From: Eledone cirrhosa
Taxonomy: Eukaryota
Reading direction: 5' to 3'
NCBI GenBank assembly: GCA_964016885.1
Contig: CAXHJY010000448.1
Location: forward strand, 1-22,054
Length of the DNA stretch: 22,054 bases
Part shown: positions 1-13,400 of the stretch, piece after piece
Layout: every line of letters starts with the position of its first letter
How positions within the stretch are numbered: the stretch's first letter is position 1
The notes under the pieces: model-generated
The model's database searches: none
Seen by the model: the letters and a program-made list of their open reading frames with translations, nothing else
Told to the model about the DNA's origin: nothing
Program-made: the position numbers and the translations under genes

Positions 1-62
1 TATATTATATATATTTATATATATATAAATATATACATATATATATATAATATATATATGTG

Positions 63-105
<43 letters not shown>

Positions 106-153
106 TATATTTATATACACATATATATATATATATATATATATATGTGTATA

Positions 154-193
<40 letters not shown>

Positions 194-293
194 CACATAT
201 ATATATATATATATATGTGTATATATATATATATATATAAATGTATATATATATATATATATATACACATATATATATATATATATATATATA

Positions 294-344
<51 letters not shown>

Positions 345-373
345 TATACACATATATATATATATATTATATA

Positions 374-426
<53 letters not shown>

Positions 427-552
427 TGTATATATATGTGTTTATATATATGTGTATATATATGTAGATATATATATGTAGATATATATATGTAGATATA
501 TATGTGTATATATATGTAGATATATATATGTAGATATATATATGTAGATATA

Positions 553-589
<37 letters not shown>

Positions 590-602
590 ATATATATATG
601 TG

Positions 603-632
<30 letters not shown>
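1..632. repeat. (TA)n microsatellite array with TG, CA and GTAGAT interruptions
   Basis: Alternating TA throughout. GTGT and CACA variants both occur in 1-400, and a GTAGATATATAT-type unit repeats at about 464-550. Confidence 0.98.
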
Positions 633-634
<2 letters not shown>

Positions 635-692
635 CTCTTTTACTCTTTTACCTGTTTCAGCCATCCGGCTGAGGCCATGCTGGGGCACCGCC
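633..692 (-). promoter_or_regulatory. LINE 3'-terminal recognition element (conserved boxes, hairpin, tandem tail)
   Basis: Sense strand reads GGCGGTGC-N5-CATGGCC-TCAGCC/GGAT/GGCTGA-AACA-GGTAAAAGAGTAAAAGAGTA. The same layout occurs at 10370-10440. Confidence 0.7.
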
Positions 693-708
693 TTTGTTGC
701 TATACATT

Positions 709-2238
709 TTATCTCCAGCCTGTATAGGTTGGCCACTCGTGTAGGAGGGAGTTTGTTGCTGCTGCCCTTAGGTTTCCCTCGTGTCTTGCTGTGGGCTCAT
801 CCGGGATCCTGGATAACAAGGTGTCGAGATGTTTCTTAAAGATATCCACCTCCACGTCATACAAGTCTCGCAGATGCCTCGGCAGCCTGTTGAAGAGTTG
901 AGTGCCCTTGAATCCCAGGCTATTGCAATACCTGCTCCTTATTCTAGATGTGGAAGACGGGACCTTTGACACCACACAGTGACGTCCTGTTTGACGGTTG
1001 GTCCAGCTCCCAATGCCAAAGTTTGGTGCTAGTCCCTCCAGGATTTTCCACATGTAGATCACTGCGTATCTCTCCCGTCTTCGCTCCAAGGAGTAGAGGT
1101 TCAGTTCCTTCAGCCTCTCCCAGTAGCTTGTCTCCCTCATCTTGGCAATCCTCTTGGTGTAGCTTTGCTGGATTGCCTCAAGCTCCGTGGTTAGTTTGAC
1201 ACTATGGGGTGACCACAGCTGGGAGCAGTAGTCCAGGCGGCTTAGGACAAAAGTCCTCCACAGTGTCAACATGGTGTCTCGATCTCTTGTAAGGAAAGTC
1301 CTCAAGATCCAGCCAGCGAATCGTCTACATGTTCTCGCCACCTTCATGATGTGTGAAGAAAAAGATGCATCATCACTCATGTCTATGCCCAGGTCTCGTA
1401 TCGATTTTGACACGGGGATATCGGTCCCTCCTGGTCCTGTGTAGCTGTGTTCCGCTATATTTGTGTTTGTGTTTGCAGGTTTGTATTGTAGGGCTTGGAA
1501 TTTGCCAGCATTAAACTGCATGTTGTTTTCTTCCGCCCATCTGTATATGGCATCCAGATCCTGCTGTAAGAGGGCAGCGTCAGCCGGGTTTTTGATTGCC
1601 TGTGCTACCTTAGTGTCATCAGCATAGCTAGTGAGGGATGTTGTTGCATGCACCACAGAGGGCATGTCCGAGAGAGCCACCAAAAACAGTAGTGGTCCCA
1701 GGACTGTCCCCTGGGGCACCCCACTTGTTATCGGTGTTTCCCTCGAGAGGGCCCCATTTGCTGCGACTGCCTGGCTTCTGTCCCTTAGGAAGCCATGCAG
1801 CCACTCACCTACTTTTCCAGTTATGCCGAGTCCGTGTAGTTTGTGACATATCATTCCGTGATCGACCTTGTCAAAGGCCTTCGCAAAGTAAAGATATATC
1901 ACGTCTACATGTGAGCTGTCTAGTAGCTGTCTCAGTACCCAGTCGTAGTGATGTAGCAGCTGTGTAAGGCAGCTTCTTCCTGGGCAGAAGCCATGTTGCG
2001 TGCTAGTCAGGCGGTCATTTTCTTCGAGGAGAGTGATTAGTTTCTTTCTGACGACTCGCTCCATGACCTTACTGATATGCGACGTCAGGGAGACTGGCCT
2101 ATAGTTCTTGGCCTCCGCTCTACTACCTCCTTTATGGATAGGGCATATTGTGCCTTCTTTCAGCTCCCTGGGTAGTACACCGCTAGCCAAGGAGCTTCTG
2201 GAGAGCATCTTCAGTGGAGTTGCTAAGGCCCGCTTACA
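709..2238 (-). pseudogene. RT plus C-terminal part of LINE ORF2, N-terminally truncated, first catalytic Asp changed to Tyr
   Basis: The 499-aa ORF (709-2208) stays in frame upstream as [10 protein letters not shown], aligning with [10 protein letters not shown] in family B. The motif reads [11 protein letters not shown] where family B has [11 protein letters not shown]. No endonuclease domain is present. Confidence 0.9.
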
Positions 2239-2240
2239 TA

Positions 2241-2384
2241 TTTTTTTTTTTTTTTTTGTATATATATATATGTGTATATATATATGTGTATATATATATG
2301 TGTATATATATATGTATATATATATGTATATATATATGTGTATATATATATATGTATATATATGTGTATATATATATGTATATA

Positions 2385-2419
<35 letters not shown>

Positions 2420-2782
2420 ATATATGTATATATAAATATATATGTATATATATATATGTATATATATGTGTATATATATATGTATATATATATGTATATA
2501 TGTGTATATATATATATGTATATATATATGTATATATATATATATATGTATATATAAATATATATGTATATATATATATGTATATATATATGTATATATA
2601 TATATGTATATATATGTGTATATATATATGTATATATAAATATATATGTATATATATATATGTATATATATATGTATATATATATATGTATATATATGTG
2701 TATATATATGTGTATATATATATATGTATATATATATGTATATATATATGTATATATATATGTATATATGTATGTATATATG

Positions 2783-2817
<35 letters not shown>

Positions 2818-3907
2818 GTATATATGTATATATATATATATGTATATATATGTATATATATATGTATATATATATGTATATATATGTATATATATATGTA
2901 TATATATGTATATATATATGTATATATATGTATATATATGTATATATATATGTATATATATATGTATATATATGTATATATATATGTATATATATATGTA
3001 TATATATGTATATATATGTATATATATATGTATATATGTGTATATATATGTATATATATGTGTATATATATGTATATATATGTGTATATATATGTATATA
3101 TATGTGTATATATATATGTATATATATATGTGTATATATATATATGTATATATATGTGTATATATATATATGTATATATATGTGTATATATATATATGTA
3201 TATATATGTGTATATATATATATGTATATATATGTGTATATATATATATGTATATATATGTGTATATATATATATATGTATATATATGTGTATATATATA
3301 TATGTATATATGTGTATATATATATATGTATATATGTGTATATATATATATGTATATATGTGTATATATATATATGTATATATATGTGTATATATATGTG
3401 TATATATATGTGTATATATATATGTGTATATATATGTGTATATATATATGTGTATATATATGTGTATATATATATGTGTATATATATGTGTATATATATG
3501 TGTGTATATATATGTGTATATATATGTGTATATATATATGTGTATATATATGTGTATATATATGTGTATATATATGTGTATATATATATATGTGTATATA
3601 TGTGTATATGTATGTATATATATATGTATGTATATATATATGTATGTATATATATGTGTATATATATATGTGTATATATATATGTGTATATATATATGTG
3701 TATATATATATGTGTATATATATATGTGTATATATATGTGTATATATATATATATGTGTATATATATGTGTATATATATATATGTGTATATATGTGTATA
3801 TATATGTGTATATATATATATATATGTGTATATATGTGTATATATGTGTATATATATATATATGTGTATATATATATGTATATGTGTATATATGTGTATA
3901 TATATAT
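2241..3907. repeat. T17 run followed by (TA)n/(TG) compound microsatellite
   Basis: T17 at 2241-2257, then 8-14 nt units such as GTATATAT and GTGTATATAT. Confidence 0.98.
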
Positions 3908-5096
3908 CATCATCATCATCATCATCAACGTTTAACATCCGTGTTCCACGCTTGCATGGGTTTGGATGGGGGTATTCCCACTTGAGGCAAGAGTGATTCT
4001 CTTGCTCGCATAGGACTGTCTGGCAGGTTTTCTACAGTTGGATGCCCTTCCTAACACCAACCACATTTACAGTGTGGGTCTGGGAGGTTTTTACCGTGTT
4101 GCCTACACGGCCACATTACAGCGTGGGCTGTGTGTTTTTTTGTCGTGACACCTACACGATCTCATTTGTTTCGGCCTGGATGGTGTGGCACCAACATAAC
4201 TTTACATAGAAGGGTGGGGGGGGGGGGGGTATTTTGTTAGAGCTGCCTACTGACTGTAGTAGGTTTTACTTTGTATTTAGGTAAGGCGGGTCTTCTCTAT
4301 TACTGAGTACCGCCAAAGGTCTCGGTCCAGTGACATTGTCTTGGTGAGGTGTAAGTGTGTGAGGTCGGAGTTTATCAGCTCGTCCCAGGTTTTTCTGGGT
4401 CTGCCTATTCCGTGGCTACCGTCTATCTTTATTGCCCTGCACTTTGTTATACAGCTATCGTCCTTCATGCGCATCACGTGACCATACCAACGTAGCCTTC
4501 TCTCTAGTAAACAACATCTGATCCCTCTTATTTCTAATTTTTTCCTTAGTTCGTTTATGCTTTGTCGTTCACGTATATTACTATTACACATCCAGCGGAG
4601 CATGCAAGCTTCGTTTCTCTCTAGTCTGCGTATATCCTCTGCACACAATGCCCAGGTCTCAATGCCATGCAACATTGCTGTTCGTATGCAGGCATCGTAC
4701 AGCCTGCCTTTCATTTTTAGGGAGAACCCTTTAGCGGCTAATAGTGGTATAAGCTCTCTGAATTTTTTCCACCCAGTTCTGACTCTAGCTACTGTACTTT
4801 CAGAGCACCCTCCCCCACTGCTGATTTTATCACCCAGGTAACGGAAGCTGTCCACTATTTCTATAGAAACCTCTGCGCAGTTGAAAGAGCTAGTATTTTA
4901 CGGGCACTTGCTGCTACTTATTTCCCCAGAACACTGGCCACATGTAAAATCTATGTTCTTAGTTAGCTTACCTGTGATCCCACTACATCTTTTATGCACC
5001 CAAACTTTGCATTTGGGACACAAAATTTCTACCTACGCCTTTCCTACACTCTGCGCATGGCCACTTCCCGGAGGGGACCGCCGCCATATTTTCTTT
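3908..5096 (-). mobile_element. RTE-clade LINE copy 1, 5'-truncated, with full 3' UTR and (GAT)n tail
   Basis: C-terminal RTE motifs [24 protein letters not shown] and DRDLWR are present. A 3' UTR of about 370 bp ends in plus-strand (CAT)6. It is highly similar to the three copies at 15046-20549. Confidence 0.92.
4277..5096 (-). pseudogene. RTE ORF C-terminal fragment (PHD finger plus RT C-terminus), disrupted
   Basis: ORF 4277-4855 is open. Upstream there is an in-frame stop near 4898-4900 (TGC CCG TAA versus TGC CCA CAA in copy 4) and a 5-bp deletion near 5026 relative to copies 2-4. Confidence 0.88.
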
Positions 5097-7414
<2,318 letters not shown>

Positions 7415-7624
7415 GTATTAAGTATACTATTTATGGTTATGCAAATAGAAAAACCTTTTGTAGTTATATATATTTTTTTAAACCCTAAATAGTGGTAGGC
7501 AGTAATGTATTACTACCTTATTACCAGTAAGTTAAATAGCTCAATGTAATAACATCAGATGATTTACAGAGCAGTTATATGAATTATAAGAATCAAAGAA
7601 CTGTTCAAAACATTTTTATGCTTA
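7415..7624 (-). repeat. Inverted Penelope pLTR-tail/5'-leader segment
   Basis: 7577-7624 (ATATGAATTATAAGAATCAAAGAACTGTTCAAAACATTTTTATGCTTA) is the exact reverse complement of 10270-10317. Assigning 7415-7576 to the element is inference. Confidence 0.8.
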
Positions 7625-7779
7625 TTTACATTTACGTGGATACCAAGTCTAATCACCCTAGATCAATATTAAACTCTATCTCTAAGGGGCTATCCAATAG
7701 AATCTCTAATCTATCCTATGACGCAAACATATTTAGCAAAAACTCGCAATATTATAATCAAGCATTAGCTATAATTTAG
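7625..7779 (+). pseudogene. Penelope RT thumb remnant
   Basis: YVDTKSNHPRSILNSISKGLSNRISNLS matches the Y...SNHP...RIS pattern at the C-terminus of PLE RTs. It ends at a premature stop. The upstream part of ORF 7579-7779 is the inverted repeat and is not coding. Confidence 0.75.
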
Positions 7780-7832
7780 AGATTGAGTTCCTACCTAAGA
7801 AAACACATAGCTACAACATCATCTCGCACAAT

Positions 7833-8817
7833 ATGTCCATGGGGAAACCTAGTAATATGAATAGCAACCACATGCACACTAAAGCGGAGGGTGCCACCAA
7901 AAGTAACCATTACCACAGAAACTACCGTAGTACATTAGGAGGAAACAACACACCAGACACTAAAAACAAAAATAGAAGAAATAATACATTTTTCCACCCT
8001 CCTTTCAACCTAAACGTCTCCACCAACATACCTAGGGCTTTCTTCTCACTACTAGATAAAAACTTCCCTCTAGGACACAAGTACCATAACCTTTTAAACA
8101 AAAACATTATTAAAATCTCATACTCTACGACGCCTAACTTAGCATACCACATAGCTAGCAGCAATAAAAGTAAAATTAATTCTTACTTCCAACAAACGAA
8201 ATCACAACAGGAGGTAAACCTTCAAAATACCTCTGTAGCAAGCAACCCTAATAACGGCAGTAATAATAGAAATAACACTAGTATAAGAAATAACACCGGG
8301 GTCGACAACCCAAATGTCCAAAATCCTATAGCTACCACCCGGACTTCTACACAGCATTATAACCAGCAGACTAACACCCAGGATAATTGTAACTGTATAG
8401 CTAATAGAACCTGCCCTTTAGATAATAAATGCCTAACCAAGGATATCATATACTCTTGCACCGTCACAACTAGCAACTCTTCAGAAACCTATGTAGGCTC
8501 CACTTCTAACTGCTTCAAAATCAGATATAATTCGCACATCCACTCGTTCAAAAAGCACAGTCTAGCCAACTCCACCTCACTATCTAGCTACATACACTAT
8601 CTAAAAACTAAAAATAAACCATACACACTCAAATGGGAAGTGATAGGCAGCGCGACTTCGTACAAACCACCTAATAAATTTTGTAACCTCTGTATACTAG
8701 AGACCCACACTATTATCTTCTCTAACCGTAACCTACTTAACAAAAAAATCTGAAGTGTTTGCAACTTGCCAGCACCGCTTCAGACATTCCTTCCAAAACT
8801 TTAAGCCCAATATATAG
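7833..8817 (+). pseudogene. Penelope linker plus GIY-YIG endonuclease, +1 frameshift near the C-terminus
   Basis: Motifs FHPPFN, KISYS, CNC-x5-CPLDNKC, IIYSC..YVGST (GIY-YIG), RYNSH, CNLCILE and LLNK are present. After the A7 run at 8742-8748 the alternative frame continues SEVFATCQHRFRH to TAG at 8815-8817, which is the expected Neptune-type ending. Confidence 0.88.
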
Positions 8818-10228
8818 CAATGTCGGACTTGAACCAGACACCACCTCTAGCATCAAACACCATCGGCACACCTTATACCACATCCCCACACTCATTGATC
8901 TAATATAACACAAATCGGGACATCCCTCTAGAACCCTTCACAGTAGGAATACTCCTTTGTACTGCTACTTTAGGTGTGACTACATCCAGTTGCTTGAACT
9001 GCACTACACCACTTTATAGTTAATGTAAAATTTAAGCATTGGATTGATTGTATTGTTGGTGCTATGCGGAGGAAGTGCCATCGTTGGTTAAATGGAAAAC
9101 TAATTAATCTAGTAACGTTGATGAGCTGTACGACCGGTATGCTGAGTGCAGTGAATGTATTGCAGGTGGTGTATGGGTTGTACATATATGTATGATTTGA
9201 TGGTCGGATCGGAGACATGAGGAGTGTGGATTGACCTCTGGTTGGCCCTGGTGATGATTATCTTTCGACATCCAATATAGCATGCACTGACCCGGAAATT
9301 ACCAGGGATCATTGTGTGTTGAAGTGATTCTGCAATCACCTTGCCTGGTTCTTTGAGTAGACTGCAATCACAATGATCAGTAATTTAGAAATCTCGCTCG
9401 TCGTGTCTAATATTCATTTGTGGCACTCTACGATGGCGGTTAATCACCATAATAAGAACACCTTCAGCACAGCTTAATAGACTACTCTATAGTTAAAACA
9501 CTTTAAATTTTTAGAAATCTTTCAGAAACTGCGCATAACCATATAAGTTAGGGACTATTTTGAGACAGAATTTAATAGTTAGTAATAGAAACCACTGAGT
9601 TACCTCCCCTTAGCCACACACACACTTCCGGGTAATATTTCGATGTCGATTCTCGCAACGTAACAACCTGCTGTATTGAGCTAAAGAACATCAGACTTCG
9701 ATTCTCTAACTGGATTGTCAAACGCCCAATATCGAATCGTCGTGGATTATGTGAGGGGCATATAATCTGAAAAATACGCTCCCCAGACTATGAAAATGTC
9801 GCAGTGCATGAAATCCATATCATCGCTTCGCTACGCATTTCCAATATTTTTAATGCTTACATTATTTTTAATACTTATATTATTTCTCCACACACAGGCT
9901 ATAACAATCATATAAAGAATTCATTACCAGATCAACCCCCTTAACACTCTTGATTACCTGCTTAAGTGCTTCTATTACACGTAACTCTCTGCCACACTAT
10001 ATAAACAAGACGCACGTGCTTGCCACACATATAACCATTGCACTCTATAACCGCTTAATTTCATGTATTTTAACCTGTATTTTTGATTGCATCTTTTAAT
10101 ATGAATGTAATCTCCAAATGTATACTGCCACACTAAATGCTGTAATGAATGTTGACCCACAATATTTGCATATGTATCTGTCTCTTGGGTGAAAAGGAGG
10201 TCATATAAGTGTTCATTCAATAATAAAT

Positions 10229-10275
10229 TGCTCCGAAGAATCCAAACCTCGGTTTGGAGGAAACAGTTGTAAGCA
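10229..10275 (+). ncRNA. Minimal type I hammerhead ribozyme (variant core)
   Basis: Reads TGCT-CCGAAGA-A-TCCAAACC-TC-GGTTTGGA-G-GAAA-CAGTTG-TA-AGCA. Stem I is TGCT/AGCA, stem II is an 8-bp inverted repeat, and stem III ACAGTTGT is self-complementary. Predicted cleavage is after GUA at 10271. It lies at the 3' end of a PLE in sense orientation. Confidence 0.8.
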
Positions 10276-10317
10276 TAAAAATGTTTTGAACAGTTCTTTG
10301 ATTCTTATAATTCATAT

Positions 10318-10369
10318 GTATATATATATATATAAATGTATATATATATATATATGTATGTATATATGT
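10318..10369. repeat. Short (TA)n tract between the 3' ends of the PLE and LINE family B
   Basis: 52 bp of TA with TG and AATG interruptions. Confidence 0.95.
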
Positions 10370-10457
10370 AACTTTGAATAAAACTTTGAAATGTTTTGGC
10401 CAGTATTGGCCCAGGCCATGTCTAACTTAATAGCACCACCTGGCGAAGTCTTTCAAT

Positions 10458-13400
10458 TCAGGATTTGGGCACCATGGCCCATTCGAGAAGAGAATTACTG
10501 TTTGCGGAGACATATCCGGGTGTGGGTGGTTTGTCCGGGATTACTTGGAGGAATTTGTCCAAAGACTTCTTGAATCTTGTGTGGTCAGTTTCTGTTTTGA
10601 CGTGTCCTGGTGTGATGTTGAAGAGAGCAGGGCCGATTGAGGTGAAATAATTGTGCCGTATTGTTGTTATGAGTTGCGATTTAGATTTTTGAATGGGACG
10701 GATAGCACGGGGCCCAAGCCTTGGGTGTATCTTGAAGGCGATGCCAACATCATTTGGGCAGTGATGATGGAACATTTTCCACATCATGCAGATAATATAA
10801 CGCTCACGGCGACGTTGGAGTGAGTAAAGTTTCAGGTTTTCCAATCGACCCCAGTAGTCAAGGTCTGACATGCCATCTATCTTTTTCGTGATTGCCCTTT
10901 GAGGAGCTTCAAGTTTCATGATACTTTGTTTCGTGTGGGGAGACCACAGTGGACAACAGTATTCAAGGTGTGGTCGGGCGAAAGTAGAGAAGAGAAGGAT
11001 AATGGTGCGGGAATCTCTCGACTGGAAGGTTCTGAGGATCCAGGAACACATTCTGCGGGCCATGTCAACTTTGCTGCTTATATGCGTGGTCCAGCTTATG
11101 TTGCTGTCCACGGTTACTCCCAAGTCTCTGATGTTGTTAGATGCCACGAGAGTTTCCCCGGAGGGAAGGGAGTACGGGAGTTTCAGAGCATCCTCTTTTC
11201 CAAAGTGGATCAGTTCGAATTTGTCTTCGTTCAGTAACATGTTGTTCTTTTCTGCCCATTGGGTAACAGCCAGTAGGTCTGACTGAAGGCTTATCCGGTC
11301 ATCCACGCCATTGATGACCTTTTGGAGCTTGGAATCATCAGCGAAAATTTTAATGTTGCTGTGTTTGATGATGTCAGTGATGTCATTAATATAGATGATG
11401 AAGAGAAGTGGGCCCAACACAGTGCCTTGTGGGACTCCACTACTGACTTTGGCTGGGCTTGATTTGACTCCCTCAACTACAACATGTTGGGTTCTGTTTG
11501 ACAGGAAGCTCTTGATCCACTGCAGCAGCTTTCCAGTGACACCAATATTGGACAGCTTTCTCAGTAGAATGTTATGATCAACCCTGTCAAAGGCCTTGCT
11601 GAAATCAAGGTAGATAACATCAGTGTTGGAACCCTCTCCCAAGGCTCTCAAAATGTCATCAAAGTGATGCAGTAGTTGCGTCAGGCAATCCCTTCCATTA
11701 CGGAATCCATGCTGGTTGGAGTTCAGCATATTGTTACTCTCAAGGAAGTGGGTCATTCGCGATCTCACCACTCGCTCAAATACCTTAATGATATGAGAGG
11801 TGAGTGAGATTGGACGGTAATTCACGGCAAGGGATTTGTTTCCCTTTTTGAAAACTGGGACAACAGACTGGGATAGAAGGTTTTCTGGCACATATCCAGC
11901 ATCCAGTGAGTTCCGCCACAGATTGGCAAGAGGAGAAGCAAGTTGGTGTTGACACGCCTTCAAGACACAAGCAGGGAACCTATCGGGACCTACTGCTGAA
12001 TTATGTTTGATTTCCTTTATTGCCGCCAAGACATCAGGGGCGCCAAACGTTATGTCCGATAAGGTGTAATGGGGAGTAACATCGCCGATACAGCCCAGAT
12101 CGGCCATATCAGGATTGCTGAAAACAGAGCAGTATTGTTTCTGCAGTATCTCACCCATGGTTTTAGCATTGTCTTGAAGAGTGCCATTTTCATCAATTAG
12201 AGGGCCAACAGTAGAGCCAGTGATTTTGTGTTTTTTTGCAAATGAAAAGAACACTTTGGGATTGAGTTTGATCTTCTCAATGGCCCAGGCCTCTTCAGCT
12301 CTTCTCTGATTGTTGATGAGGGACATTATGTTGTTTTGGAGGTTATGTTTTTTAATCTCTAGTGATGAAATGGCAGTCAAGTTGATGTGTTGCTGCTGAC
12401 AGTATTTCAGCTTGTTGATTTTTTTGTTCGTTCTCTTAATTTTTCTGATGAGTGTTTTTCTATTTCTAGGGATTCTGCTCTTAGATTTGTTTATAGTTCT
12501 TAATGGGGTGTGTTTAGCACATATGTTTGTAACAGTGTCCACAAAAGTCTGCCAGGACTTTTTGATGTTAGTGGGTGTATGAGTGTGCGTGAAGGACCAG
12601 TCGACATGTGCAAGATCATGACTGATCGCTTCCCAGTTTGCATTGTGGAAATCCATAGCGTCAAACGGATGGACAGGAGAAATGACATTGGGTTTGTATA
12701 TTGGACGGTGGAATCTCAGATCACAGAGAACCATGTCATGATCAGAGAGTAGAGTTTTCTCCACTGCAATATTGTGGATATTGTCAGTGTGATTGCTGAA
12801 AATTAAGTCTAGGACGTTTTTGTGGCACCTCGTTGGTTCGAGCACTAGTTGGGATAGGAAGAAATCATCCATGAAGTCAAGAAGCGATTCCACAGCTTCC
12901 CTGTCAGAGGTTGAGGCAGAAGAACCTGGTGGCAGGGTGTTTGTGGACCAGTCAACTCCGGGGAGGTTGAAGTCCCCCATCATTAAGATGTTGTCAGGGT
13001 GACACTCTTGGATGAAACACTTTATGCTGTTGAGGCATTCCTTGAAGCATGGTACAGGCGTTTGGGGTGGCCTATAGAGCCCAACTACTAATAGGTTGTT
13101 GGTTTGACTGAATACAGTGACTGCCTCACAGTATCCATTAGTGAATATGTTCATAGCCTCTGTTGAGAAAGAATTATGGACATAAATGGCAGTTCCGCCC
13201 TTTCTTCTGCCAGCGCGATCAGCACGGATGGCTTTGAAATTTTTCACTTTCACCTCGGCTTCCAAGTGGAGGTTACTGAGATGGGTTTCAGTGAGGACGA
13301 AGAAAGGGATGTGGTTTGGATGGACATCAATCCAGTCCTCCAGGAATTTGATCTTCCATTTTTGAGTATTGGTGGAAGGGCTGATGCCTTGGGCGTTAAG

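Larger units (their letters stand above)
633..2240 (-). mobile_element. 5'-truncated CR1-group LINE (family A), with 3' UTR and (GTAAAAGA)n tail
   Basis: The RT ORF has [32 protein letters not shown] and the C-terminal [12 protein letters not shown] short 3' UTR ends in an 8-mer tandem tail (plus-strand TACTCTTT x2 at 633-648). The frame is cut off at a T17 run (2241-2257). Confidence 0.93.
7415..10317 (+). mobile_element. Penelope-like element (Neptune-type), 5'-truncated, with inverted terminal segment
   Basis: Contains an RT-thumb remnant, a Cys-rich linker, a GIY-YIG endonuclease, a 3' hammerhead motif and a perfect 48-bp inverted repeat (7577-7624 / 10270-10317). Both ends abut TA arrays. 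Confidence 0.88.

Noticed and set aside
3908-3927. Poly-His, poly-Asp, poly-Met and poly-Ser tracts in the ORF track (also at 17016 and 19391)
   Set aside because: They are the (CAT/GAT)n 3' tail of the RTE element read in different frames.
7579-7624. ATG start of the 66-aa ORF 7579-7779
   Set aside because: The ATG and first 15 codons lie in the inverted repeat. Only the part after about 7625 is RT-homologous.
8970-9339. Minus-strand ORFs of 76-82 aa, and 9975-10220
   Set aside because: They are short, carry no domain signature and are of a length expected by chance.
9330-9371. 10-bp direct repeat CTGCAATCAC x2
   Set aside because: There are only two short copies with no array structure, so it is not CRISPR-like and is plausibly chance.
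9760-9805. Second hammerhead-like CTGAAAA...GAAA
   Set aside because: The core lacks G8 and I could not form convincing stems II and III.
7577-10317. 48-bp inverted repeats read as terminal inverted repeats of a DNA transposon
   Set aside because: No transposase is present. The enclosed ORF is Penelope RT/GIY-YIG and the repeat coincides with the post-hammerhead tail.
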